A stretch of 64,000 nt of DNA from Octopus sinensis (taxonomy: Eukaryota): assembly GCF_006345805.1 (NCBI RefSeq), contig NC_043004.1:42966001-43030000 (forward strand), written 5' to 3'. Under the pieces are notes generated by a model, which was given only the letters and a program-made list of their open reading frames with translations, searched no databases and had not been told where the DNA came from. The stretch's first letter is position 1, and the number at the start of each line of letters is the position of its first letter. This document shows, in pieces, positions 50,331 through 62,930 of the stretch. The translations under genes and the position numbers were made by a program.

Positions 50331-50602
50331 CGTACACATGAATATTTATGAGCGTGTGTAATTTGTACGATCGCGTTCTACCTCTGTCTCAGTTAGGCTG
50401 GTTACATAAGTCAAACGAAATGTATATTTAATAACTAGTTCTCAATACATGTTTCCATTGCTACACAGAATACAATGTGGAAGCACACGTTCAAGTATTC
50501 ACATACACATATATAGAGGCACACACGATAACGTATATATACATAAACACCCACATATACTCAAATATATATACATATATGCGTGTATATTATATATATA
50601 TG

Positions 50603-50645
<43 letters not shown>

Positions 50646-51249
50646 TCTTCATTGTATATGCATATGATTTGTGTGCCTCATTCTTACATAAATATCGTTA
50701 CTTACATGTATACATACTTTCGTGCTATCATACGTGCGTACGGTGATATACCGCAATAATGGAAATCCTAGCATGTGATTATTATTTTTCCTCTCTAAGC
50801 ATGTATTTATATATTCATATCAAGTTTATATCATAATTTCTCAAGCCTCAGAATTTCTTTTTTCCACGTAGACCGTTATATTGGCATTGTGTTGCCAAGG
50901 AGACTGCACAATATAATTCTTTATTATGCACATTCAATGTTATTATATTATATATTTGAATTTTCTGTTTTGTACCTATACGAAATTGAAATATTACCTG
51001 TATGCAAACGTGTTCATACATATTTACAAACATACTTATGTATGCATATGAATATATGCATGTATAAATATATACATACGCTTATACATATACATATTCA
51101 ATCGTTTAATGTTGCATTTATGTCTGTATGAAAGTATAAGTTATGTGTATGCTTGCGCACATAAATGTTTTATGGCTAATAACACGACCATCATTGGCAG
51201 CCGGCTTTAATATAAAGATCATCGATAACCCCACAACCAACACTCTCAT

Positions 51250-51262
51250 AACCACCACCGTT

Positions 51263-51298
<36 letters not shown>

Positions 51299-51352
51299 GT
51301 CGTCGTCATCTTCATCATCATCATCATTATCATCATCAATATTATCATCGAT

Positions 51353-51387
<35 letters not shown>

Positions 51388-51410
51388 GGTCATCGTCGCT
51401 GTCGCCGTCA
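51250..51410 (+). repeat. (CAT)n-rich trinucleotide tract
   Basis: Seen directly. Confidence 0.95.
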
Positions 51411-52029
51411 ACTTCATTGTCGTAATCACCTTCGTCCGCGTATCCTGTGTTCCTACTCTATTAAAGTTTATAAATTGCTTGTTTCTCTTGAGATTAAGGA
51501 ATAAATAATATATAGTGTTTAGTTACAAACAATGTTTGATTTCAAATAGTGGCGAAGTTATGTGTATATTTATCATATTGAAATCCCAAAGCGTAAACTA
51601 TCGGTAAAATTGAAACTCACAGTTCAGATCCCCCCCCCCTTATTAACAATTATCTCCTCTCTTGCCTGCTATAGAAAGGAACATGCATTTTGAAATAGCA
51701 ACGACTAGAAAGAATTTGAAGAATAAGACGGTCAGTACTTAACCTAAGACAATTAGCACGGCGGACAATGTGCTTAACGATATTTGTCCGTTTTTATGTA
51801 CTGAGCTCAAACATCGCCGATGTTCACTTTGACATCCATAAATTCGGTGTCGCTGAAACAAGTACCAGTATAGTACTTTCATCTATGCACTCGAATTCCC
51901 CTTCCCTCGAATATCGACGGTTGCCTAACATTATTTTTTATTATGAAGCTAGTGCATGCTAGTTAATTACAAGGAATCTTTACTGAAGGTTGGTTGACAA
52001 CAAGAACCGCTAAAATTGCACGGTTCTTC

Positions 52030-52420
52030 CTCAAGAATCTTGCAGAATACAGCACAGAACTTTACTGCAAGTCGACAATAGAATCTTAGACCCATTGTCT
52101 TTCAATATTTCCGCTATCTTTTCATGTGCTGTGCCAAGTGCATCAGTTACCACAAGGATAATTGTTGTCTTATTCCTCCACAATCTATCTAGTTCTCTGG
52201 CTAAATCCTGATATATCACTGTCTTTTGAAATTATTTGGTATCGACTCTGTTACCAAAATGAATTGCCAAGTCTATGATCTACCAATGTACATTTCGTCC
52301 TCTCTAATCCTACCTGGTCTTCTTGTAGTATTGCCAATGTCTACGAGGAAGTTCTATTAGATCATGTAACTCTCCTCTATGACTACCCCTGGTTCCAGGT
52401 CATACTATTTATCTGTTATT
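52030..52420 (-). mobile_element. Decayed R4/Dong-type RLE fragment
   Basis: IIDLAI..RVDTK..IYQDLARELDRLWRNKTTIILVVTDALGT. Confidence 0.7.
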
Positions 52421-52842
52421 TTGAAGCCTCACTATTAACTAATATCCCAGTGTACTCTTCACCTACACAGTCATGCTTGCATTTCTACTCTTTTGTGCTA
52501 GTATACGGCTCTCACTTAGGAGATAAGTGGTACTCTCGTCTTCCTTTGGCTATCTCTAATTAACTATAGTATTCTTTCTTTACAATGCACAACATATTAA
52601 TTGAATCCCAATATGTGTACTAACAGTGTCGGCTGGAAATAAAAACGTCCTGTCACCCTTTTTTACTTCCTAGTAGAATAAGTCAGTTTTAATTTTAGGT
52701 GGCATGCGCGGTGCAATGTGAGCAACTTCCCAAGATACGTAACTCGGCCGTAGTCCATTTTCGTAAGAGCACAACTTATGCATATATTGGCTTAATGACA
52801 CTCCCTCCATTTTACTCTTTATATATGTATTTATAGTTGTGT

Positions 52843-52883
<41 letters not shown>

Positions 52884-53460
52884 TGTATGCAGATATGCTT
52901 ATGGATATAGGTACATAAGTATGCGAACATTTATGATTGTGCGTATACACATTTATATGCATATGTGTGCGGGGGGTGCATATCTATATACACATTGGTC
53001 TTTCTCTCTGTAATTCATCACTCCATCTAGACCTTTATCTAGCACTCCGTTTTTCAGTTTTCTTCCACTTTCTTTCTTCTTTCCTCCCCTATTCCTTTTG
53101 AATAATACCATTCTCCTCCTAACATACGTATATCTTCTCTTCTTTCTATCTACTTACCCCTACCAGTACGTCCAGTCACACTGCCCCCTTGAATGAACAA
53201 CACATGGAATTTATGTCTCCGCTCTGAACACTTGTAAGAACAAAATATGAACTATCGAAATCTACATACCATGGACAAGAAGCATTTCTACTCATTCTAC
53301 AGAACACTTTCCTTGTATAATGGAACTGCAGCTGAAAAATTCTACATATCTTTCTACTTTTATTGCCATTCCCTTATTTCCCGTTATACCTCCAATATTT
53401 TCCAAAATAACTCCTTAATTTGAACTCTACTATTTCTCTCTAGTTAACTCTCGCCTATCT

Positions 53461-53505
53461 TCTCTGATGAAGGGATATCCCTAATATCTCGGAAAGAGCT
53501 GTATC
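53461..53505 (+). ncRNA. Degenerate hammerhead-like motif, another family
   Basis: TCT CTGATGA A GGGATA-TCCCTAA-TATCTC G GAAA GAGCTGT A. Stem II forms 6 pairs; stems I and III are damaged. Confidence 0.4.
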
Positions 53506-53676
53506 ACTACCATTCTCTTAACGCATGCTCTATAAATCCCACACAACCTTGGATTTATTGCTCATTTTATTTAACTTACACACACATGAATTAGATTTAG
53601 GAATTCGGTTTAGTTTGGCCATATCTTTTCCCCATCTCTGCGCAATAATCTAAAACAGAGGACACATTTTTTCATG

Positions 53677-53708
<32 letters not shown>

Positions 53709-54389
53709 ATAATATTCCTCGGGTTGCTACAATTTATATAAGATAATAAAAGTTATTTTCCTTTTTTGATGTCGAACCACACATATAATATCGTTTCTCC
53801 AAACAACCGGCACAGTTATGAATATATGAGTTCTGTATGAGGAGAAGGCCTACAGCATGATGGACATAATACTGTCTGAAAGCATTTTAACATATTTTTC
53901 AGAAACTTCCATTTAACCTACTCAACTAACATATCCAAGAACGATGTGTTATGTCATTTATCAATACGCTTAAGGTACACTGCCTCATACATTTGTTATA
54001 AATAAGAACTATTGTGTTCTTGCATAAAATAGTCGAAATTTAAAGTAAAATATCCTGTCTTCTTTTACGAGGTGCTGCTATATTCACCTCTTTACATTTT
54101 TAGTTCAGTGTTCTCCTTTATCTTTGTGCGACATCCTCTATCGGCCTCGTAGATTGTTAATATTCAAACGTTGGTTTGTACAGTTTACTGATTACAAATA
54201 TATATGCAGATTTCCTAATTATTTACTGGAACAATAATGCAAGTAAGAGGGGATATTCTTATTCGTAATACTAATATAGTGTTTTACCTTCAGATCAGAG
54301 GACCTAAAAGAAATTGAATACAATAGTATAATTGAATGGAATACTATAACTGAACCATTAATTTCCAAAGTTTAGGAACGCGAAATACA

Positions 54390-55110
54390 ATATTCCCTTA
54401 GAAATGAAAGCAGGTCAGGTGTAATGTGTATGAATTTGGTTCTTTTCTCACTCTAACACATCAAAGGAGTTCATAGCGAACCTCTCTTTGACATCATTTT
54501 TTAATGTAACTAATTTACACAGACACGTAATGAACGAAGACTTTTAACATCGTCAGATGCAAAAGGAAACAATGAATTGAAGAGTAATGTATGTAAAATA
54601 AGCGATCACTGTAAATAGAAAACGTATCATGTAATAAAAAATAGGAAAATAAACCATTATATAAACCACAAACATAGAAATATAATCAAGACAAAGATAG
54701 TGTAAGATATGAAGACTTTCTACTGAAAAGCAGTTTTAGACTAAGAACGAAAACAAACTCAAGTATTTAAAAGCACAAATGATTCTATTTGAATACCACT
54801 GTTAGCATAAAGAAGAAACTGATCGTTTGCTATACGAATTCACTTGCATGAAACTTCTGTGATAACAGAACAATGGACTGGATATAAACAATTAATTGCT
54901 TCTGTCACTATCATATTGTCTGATTTGATAATATTTGGTACTTTGTTATATGGGATCCCGAAGGTTGAATGGCAAATATTACCGTAAAGAGCCTGAGCAA
55001 ATGTTTGAAGATACTTTGACTGGCACTCTCACAATTCTACCAGGCTACCTGCTCGATATTGTAGAAAGTCTGGTCAATGATATTTTAGGTTATTGTCAGA
55101 GGTAAAAATA
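54390..55110 (-). pseudogene. Decayed LRR-like remnants, locus 5
   Basis: FTSDNNLKYH*PDFLQYRAGSLVEL* (55105-55030) and MNSFDVLE*EKNQIHTHYT*PAF (54474-54405). Confidence 0.35.
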
Positions 55111-55832
55111 GAAGACAGACTTTATGAAATAACATCTTCCATACAAATAAACTAAAATTTGTGAATAGGTGTTAAATACTGAAAAGAATTGCACAATGGG
55201 ACCACTTGATACTGTTTTGTGTGTATGTTAATATGTGTGTGCATGTGTGTCTGTATCTGTCTGCGCGTGTGATGTGTACCATTGTGTGTGAGTCTATATG
55301 ATAGTTTTCAGTTAAAATTAAATACTAGCATACTTTTAAATGCTGTAATGTAGAGGAAAATTTTAATTGGATTTATTGTTCATACACTCAAGCATTTACT
55401 TCATATCAAGTGTTTCTTGAAGTACATTTGCATTATTTCAGTGATTATCGGTTTCTTCATATTATATACGTAAATGCATCTTCGAAAAAGTATTTCTTTA
55501 CTGTACTGTAATGTTTATATTTCTTCATATACAATAACTATATTTTCATATACCTGTTCTCAAATTATATATTTACATCGATTATTTTGTGGTATTTCGT
55601 TTATTATAAAGCATTATTGAAGTGGTTATCTGTCAATCCTTTCCAAAATAAGCCTCATACTGTTTTACTTCAGGAAGTCAAAAATGTACTACACATTATA
55701 AAATAGGTAGAATCCAGGGCACCAATTCTCAAGTGATTAAGATGATTGACTCCCCATTGATGGACGTTAAACTTCAGAGAATGGTCAGAAGTAAAATTGA
55801 ACAAGCCCACAAGCAAACAAGCCCACAAGCAA

Positions 55833-55865
<33 letters not shown>

Positions 55866-55870
55866 CACAC

Positions 55871-55971
<101 letters not shown>

Positions 55972-57090
55972 ACGGTAGAATTTACTATAAAGTAACACCA
56001 TTTGTATTTTGCGGAGATAAAAATTGGTTTGTTAAAATTGGAAAACTTAGGTCAATCAATCTAGCTGAGATAGCTGATTGCCTTACAATACGATAGTAAA
56101 TATTCAGGAGGTACTTCAGGATATAATTCTTATATAAAAAAATTGCTACAAAAATATCATTGTTATTAAGGATGATACAAGGCTCGTATTTAACGATATA
56201 ACTTATTTCCGTTGAAATAATCTGATAGCAGCTACAATTATTCATGCAAAATCTCGTCAAAACATGTCATATATATATACATATATATGTTTCATATATG
56301 TATATGTATTTTATTGCCTCTACTTATAACGGAACTATGAAAGACTAGAGGGTATAGATATATCATTTGTTGCATATCTTGTCAATTTATTTATTATTAG
56401 ATTTTGTTTGACAGATGAACGCAGGCACTATATTTTTTCTTCACTCGATTATTACTGTTGTTTCATTATTTTAACACCTGTGCATTGTATATGAATATAT
56501 CTTCACCCTACCTGTGAAAAATATAAGACAGAGATTGATAATATTAAGAAATAAATCTATATAACAGGGCATGGATACATACGAGGCGATCTCACCCCTA
56601 CAAACAAACACACACATGAAATCTCATGAACGGTCACACGATGCCAACAATGTCAGCAGCAGCGATGGTGTCGCCGATGTCAATAACGAGAAACCCACTA
56701 CCACGATGGCAACGATGTGGACGAACACACATACACAGAGGACTGTAACTTTCAGCACAGTGGGTTGCGGCTGAGTGGTAGCCCAAACTGTTGCTAGAAC
56801 CTATGACACACACACAAACGCACACTCATACACGTACAGACACAAACAAGCAAGGACAAAAAACGAGCACATAAAGACATACATTTCCGCGCATAAGTGG
56901 GTAAGCGGAGCAACAACGAAAATTGTCGCTGATGAGTTCACAGATATTTGACGAAAGAATTCCGGACAAACGAGTGGCGGTAAAGTAATAAAATAACAGT
57001 AAAAAACGATTGAAGAAAAAATAGTGCTATCCCGAAATGCATCAATATTTATTTCAGCATAGTTTCCCATCAGGAATCTGTGAAAACGAA

Positions 57091-57168
<78 letters not shown>

Positions 57169-57557
57169 ATATATACTCTTTCAGAGTTCTGTAATTTGTC
57201 GAGGCAACAAAATATGTAATATGTACTCCATGCAGAGATAAAAAAGACAACATCATTGAGAAACAAAGTGCATGGACAACAGGAATCATTGCGCTTCCGG
57301 GAATGAAACAATTAGTAGCATTTTTCAATTTTCTTTCTCCGTCTCTTCTTCTCTCTTATTTTTTTTGTCTTAAAGCTCCCTTGTGTGCAGGTTATATTTA
57401 TATACAAGATTTGTACTTATACAGAGATTCAGCACGGAGTATTTTGCTTTTTCTGTGCACGAGAATTTATCATATTCATTAGTATAAAACAATCGCTCTG
57501 AATGTGACCATGCTCCACCAGTAAGCTTCCAGGTGTAAACCATTCGTTTTACTTTCC

Positions 57558-57598
<41 letters not shown>

Positions 57599-57651
57599 AT
57601 ATATATATATACAAATTATATATATATATATATACAAATATATAGTTATAT

Positions 57652-57689
<38 letters not shown>

Positions 57690-58339
57690 AGTATATGAAA
57701 AACACTGATCTGGGAACGAACATCAAATTCTAGTCAATGAGTTTACACATAACACCACGCTTCCAACCATTTGATGCTATACAAATATTACGATGGCCTT
57801 TTAACATATAAGAAATATATACATAATAACACAGAACGTAAAAAAATATATATGCAAATAAAAACGGCCTATAGAACAGCCTGCCAGGAAGGTATGCAGA
57901 ATGGACTCAAAATCTAAAGGGTGTCATCTAAATAAAATAAAATATCAATTAACTAAGATGATTTTTCTTACTCCGTTACTGTTCACATTAACCGCCTGGC
58001 ACCACCGTCTCAGCCGGGCGTCCCTCGACGTTAACTACTGTGTCAAGTGTTCCGCACTAATTCATGCATATCAACCATCGCACATCGACTTCCCGACACA
58101 GATTATTCGACACCAACTTCTCACGTCTCTTACCGTTCACATCAACCACTAGTCCACCCTCACATTAAAAGCATCGAAAGTGTACAGCTATTGCTTTAAA
58201 CATTCTCATGATCAAAATAATGTATATTTTATTTGTCTTTCCTTGCAAAACCAGAGAGCTGTTTTCTAATTCGCTTCGTACGAATGAAATTAAATACAGA
58301 TTATTTCTCGGTCGTATCAACATGTTGCTCTCGCTGTAT

Positions 58340-59320
58340 TATCAATCTTCACAACATATAGGGTTGTAAACAAGTTTTGTGCACCACAAAGTTGATCAGC
58401 TGTATGGGTGAGATGGCAACGATAGTCCAGGTCACATGTGTTTGATCGAGTCTGTTGGTGTGGAATTTTTCAGAGATTTGGTTCAATATTTTGCTTCAGG
58501 ATATAGTTCATCTAAATTCCAAAAGAAAATGATCCAGAATGTCTAGCCAATGGTTGTTGGAACTCTGTTTGTTTGCAGCTCTCTAGATTGTGAAATGCTC
58601 AAATGTGAAATATTCTGTCTGGACTTCATGTATTCATATGCATTCATATTCTGCTTTCACTTCATGTATTTTCTCTAGTATCTTATGTTAAATTCCATCA
58701 ATTTCTACAGGCGGTATATGGGTATATGGGGACGACTTTCATTATAGCTAGTGGATCTAAATTGAGGTTATTGAGCTATTCATTTCACATTTTGTCGTTT
58801 ACATTACCTTTCCATTTGAAGCAAAGATAAGCTTTCTCTTCTTTAAAATCAAATAGAGTGATATGTTTTCTTCGCTTGTGTTTTGGGATTTTATGTACAG
58901 AACTATCGATCGTATAGGTCACATTAAGTTCTAAATAACGTCTTTGATGTTAAATGTCTTTATATGACGTGTGAGCAGCACAGTTATAAGGGCTTTTGTA
59001 CGATTACGCACATGATATACTTGCTACATTTACTACTATAAAAATTTAGTTCTTTGAGATATAAACATTTAGTTTTTTTAGATATACAACACTCTTAATA
59101 CAGTTCTATATTTAAGAGATGACTAATTATCGACACTATTCACATTATTTACGTTTGACGGATATTTGTTCCCATCTTGTTTGTTGTTGAGTAAGTCAAA
59201 ACATATTTGTGAACAGTGATTTTCATAAATCCGAATCGGCTCCAGGTCTTTGAAGTAAATACATTCGTAGGGATTACTGGAACTTAGAAAATGTAATGAT
59301 TGGGTCCAGCACTGGTTTTG
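58340..59320 (-). pseudogene. Decayed LRR plus LRR C-cap-like remnants, locus 6
   Basis: LNNLNLDPLAIMKVVPIYPYT; AFHNLESCKQTEFQQPLARHSGSFS, then after a frameshift WNLDELYP; TKLVYNPICCED* (58380-58342). Confidence 0.42.
59095..59205 (-). mobile_element. Tail-only fragment of the tRNA/(AAT)n/hammerhead element
   Basis: TACAGTTCTATATTTAAGAGATGACT...CATCTTGTTTGTTGTT matches 60686-60776. Confidence 0.75.
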
Positions 59321-60097
59321 AGTGTTTGCAATTTACAGAAATACAACTTGTAATCACACTGAGCACTTTGCATTAAAATTGCTACCAAGAGAAATGAGAA
59401 ATTTGGATATTATTAAGAAGAATCATGACATCACAAGAGGTAATAGTAATCTTATATACACATAATATTAGCAAAATGATGTATATATGGCCTGTCATAA
59501 AGGAATACGAAAAAATCATAGCTTTACTATCTTGTATGGTCTTTGAAAAAACATTATTCATCTCACTATGAGTCTTACCCAGAGGAATAAGATTCTCCAT
59601 AATCATTAGAAATAAATCATTCCTTACGTTTGTAAATGAACGCTGCATGTGCAAATCATCTGTATGCCTTGAGATATGGCAAAGATGTTTTTTTATTGTT
59701 TGCATTGACTATGTTATTTTTGTTTATCCCATCCCGAGTACATTAAAACTTTACTGTTTCTATTATCTTCCGATATGTCAATGTTTGACATCATGTCATT
59801 AAAAGATTATTTCAAATTTTACTTACCTCCTAGTTTTCTCTCCATTGTAACAAAGTTTTATTCGAAAATATTGAGAATGTAAAAAATGTTTCCATCATCC
59901 AAATTAGCATCTCTGTAGTGGGTGAATCCATAATGTTATGGATGTGGAATAGCGTGGCAATCGATTCCGTATTTTTATTTGAAACCTCACATTTGCTTAG
60001 GAGACATTGACATTTTAAAATCTTATTTATCTAATACAAAAGTCGCCAAAAGCAAAACAAAAGCCAGAGCCGCAATTACAACAAAAACGCCAAAAGC

Positions 60098-60216
<119 letters not shown>

Positions 60217-60349
60217 TTTTTAGATACATATGTAATCTGGGAATGCATACAATGAGCTTCTCTGCCCTAGGTGTGCGGAAACCGCTCGGCGAGAAACGGA
60301 AGAAAATTTGAATAATGAAGGAAAAAAAAAAGAATAATAATTTCTTGAA

Positions 60350-60680
60350 CCCCGACACGAAAATGTGAATGAAATTCTGAAATACATCAGAACAAAAGCA
60401 TCACAGAAACAAACAATCTGATCAAGGCAGCAAGTATTGTTGTAGCAGAAAATGTAGGTGTTCATTTCAAGGAAAAAGAAAAATAATGGAGGTGGCAAAA
60501 GAAAAGATGCATGGTGAAAAACAAGAATACAGGTGGGGTTAGATATGCTCTCCAGGGCATAACCGACTAGCCCTCTTGATGGTGGACAAGGGGCATCACA
60601 TATGCATAGTTGATGTTACATGTCCCTTTGACCCGCGAATAATCAAGAAGATAGGCGAAAAGACATATTGATACAACCCT
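60350..60680 (+). mobile_element. Internally deleted RLE LINE fragment
   Basis: ITETNNLIKAASIVVAENVG (N-terminal region) lies close to HNRLALLMVDKGHHICIVDVTCPFDPRIIKKIGEK (RLE). Confidence 0.6.
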
Positions 60681-60685
60681 CTTAA

Positions 60686-60893
60686 TACAGTTCTATATTT
60701 AAGAGATGACTATTTATCTCCATTATTTACATTACTTACATTTGATTGATATTTTTTCTCATCTTGTTTGTTGTTAACACAAGGTTTCGGCCTTCATCAG
60801 ATGTCTTGGAGAAATTTCGAACCTGGGTTCTCATTCCTAAGGTATTTTTCGATGTTGATGCTGTTGTTGTTGTTATTATCATTATTATTATTA

Positions 60894-60952
<59 letters not shown>

Positions 60953-60953
60953 G

Positions 60954-60987
<34 letters not shown>

Positions 60988-61004
60988 CATAATCATTATT
61001 ATAA

Positions 61005-61054
<50 letters not shown>

Positions 61055-61144
61055 TTATTATTATTATTATTCAGTTCACTGCCTGAAATCGAACTCGGAA
61101 TCTTAAGGTTATTTGTCCGCGCTCTTAACCACCCCGCCATATGC
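60686..61144 (-). mobile_element. Composite element: tRNA-like head + (AAT)n + hammerhead-bearing tail (left copy)
   Basis: GCATATGGCGGGGTGGTTAAGAGCGCGG...GAGTTCGATTTCAGGCAGTGAACTG, then (AAT)n, then CATCGAAAAATACCTTAGGAATGAGAACCCAGGTTCGAAATTTCTCCAAGACAT CTGATGA A GGCC GAA ACCT T GTGTT. Confidence 0.78.
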
Positions 61145-61215
61145 ATTTCCCTTTGTCCTCCAGGTGGATACTGTGTCTTCCTACGAGCACTCCTCTAGCT
61201 GTTGAGCTATACTTT

Positions 61216-61281
61216 CAGGAAGTAGTGTTTAAGAGCCCGGGCTACCAATCCCAGGATTCCGACTTCCATTCCAGGCAGTGA

Positions 61282-61355
<74 letters not shown>

Positions 61356-61983
61356 CATATTATCTCTAGCTGCCCAGTCCTGGCTAAGAAGGAATATATT
61401 CACAGACATGACAGAGTTGGAACCTACATACATTGGAAGCTATGCCAACATTATGGAATAACAACAGAAAAAAGATGGTATAGGCACACACCAGAAAAGG
61501 TCACAGAAAACGAGAAAGCAACCATAGTCTGGGATATGCCGATACACACAGATAGAGAAATTAAGGCCAACAGACCAGATATAGTTGTCAGAGATCATGA
61601 AGAAAAAAAATGCTTTCTAATTGATGTATCAATACCGGCAGATGACAACGTGTCTCTAAAAGAAATGGAGAAACTCTCAAAATACAAAGACCTGGAAATA
61701 GAGGTAACTAGAATGTGGAACCTGAAAGCAGAAACAATTCCTATCATAGTAGGTGCATTAGGCATGATAAAAAAATATTCAGACAAATACATAACAAAAA
61801 CACCAGGACTTACAAGCACATATAACATACAGAAAATTGCACTACTAGGCACTGCACACATCCTACGCAGAACACTTTCCATACAATAACCATCAGAGCA
61901 TCACAACAAATCACAGCACATACCCAAGGCACACAGAGCTGCGCTCGGTAGTGAAGTGAAAGCACGCTATAAAAATAAAACTA

Positions 61984-62014
<31 letters not shown>

Positions 62015-62104
62015 TAATAATAATAATATATAATAATAATAATAATAATGATAATAATGATAATAATAATAATAATAATAATAATAGTAATAATAATAAT
62101 AATG

Positions 62105-62164
<60 letters not shown>

Positions 62165-62191
62165 TAATAATAATAATGATGATGATAAGAA

Positions 62192-62253
<62 letters not shown>

Positions 62254-62465
62254 AGAAGAAGAAGAAGAAGAAGAAGAAGAAGAAGAAGAAGAAGAAGAAG
62301 AAGAAGAAGAAGAACGTTGAAAAAGACATAGGAATGAGAACCTAAGTTCGAAATTTCCCCAAGACATCTGATGACGGCTGGAGGGTATATCCGCCGAAAC
62401 ATTTTCTTAACAACAAACAAGATAATGACAAGTGTCTGTCAAATGTAAATAATGTACAACACTCT
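61216..62465 (+). mobile_element. Composite element, right copy, interrupted by a Dong/R4 LINE
   Basis: Head GTAGTGTTTAAGAGCCCGGG...TTCCAGGCAGTGACCTG(AAT)n. After the insert, (AAT)n(AAG)n, then AGGAATGAGAACCTAAGTTCGAAATTTCCCCAAGACAT CTGATGA C GGC-TGGAGGGTATATCC-GCC GAAAC (62368-62400). Confidence 0.75.
61353..61987 (+). mobile_element. 5'-truncated R4/Dong-type LINE with an uninterrupted RLE frame, inserted in (AAT)n
   Basis: Open frame 61353-61889: HIISSCPVLAKKEYIHRHDRVG..IVWDMPIHTDREIKANRPDIVV..CFLIDVSIP..EKLSKYKDLEIE..IPIIVGALG..LGTAHILRR (half CCHC knuckle plus PD..D/E.K), a short 3'UTR, and (AAT)n on both sides. Confidence 0.93.
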
Positions 62466-62637
62466 TAAGTACAAAATAGATCGGCTATGGAAAACGAAGA
62501 AAGTGAAGTTCGTGCGAATTATTGTTGGTTCCTTGGGAACAGCCTCGGAAGGCATCAAATGGATTTTAAATGAAATTCGAATAGAGTACCCAGTAGAACT
62601 GTTACATAAGATTTGAATCTCGCAGATATATTAATGA

Positions 62638-62930
62638 ACGATTGGAAAAAAGAAAACACTTGCTTACTGATAGACATAGCTATCCATTCTGATCAAATTA
62701 TTGTCCAAAAAAGCGAAGAAATTGTCCAAGTACAAAGAACTCGAACCTGAAGCATTGAAGATGTAGGACACGATGTTAAAAACAATACCAGTAATAATTG
62801 GAGCGTTCAGCATGATAAAAAATCAAATGAACAAAAACGTAAAATTTATATCTGGATCTTCACTGTACAAACTATCCCCAATATAGCCCTGCGAGAAACA
62901 GCCCTCATCCTCCGTATAACGTTGGTTTCC
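62638..62930 (+). mobile_element. Decayed R4/Dong-type RLE fragment
   Basis: ENTCLLIDIAI..KLSKYKELE..KTIPVIIGAFSMIK..ETALILR. Confidence 0.72.

Noticed and set aside
49680-50351. Long ORFs rich in YI/HT/CV, and poly-I, poly-L or poly-M ORFs elsewhere (for example 46401, 51118, 59979, 61911)
   Set aside because: They are translations of (TA)n, (CA)n, (AAT)n and (GAT)n microsatellites, which lack stops in some frames.
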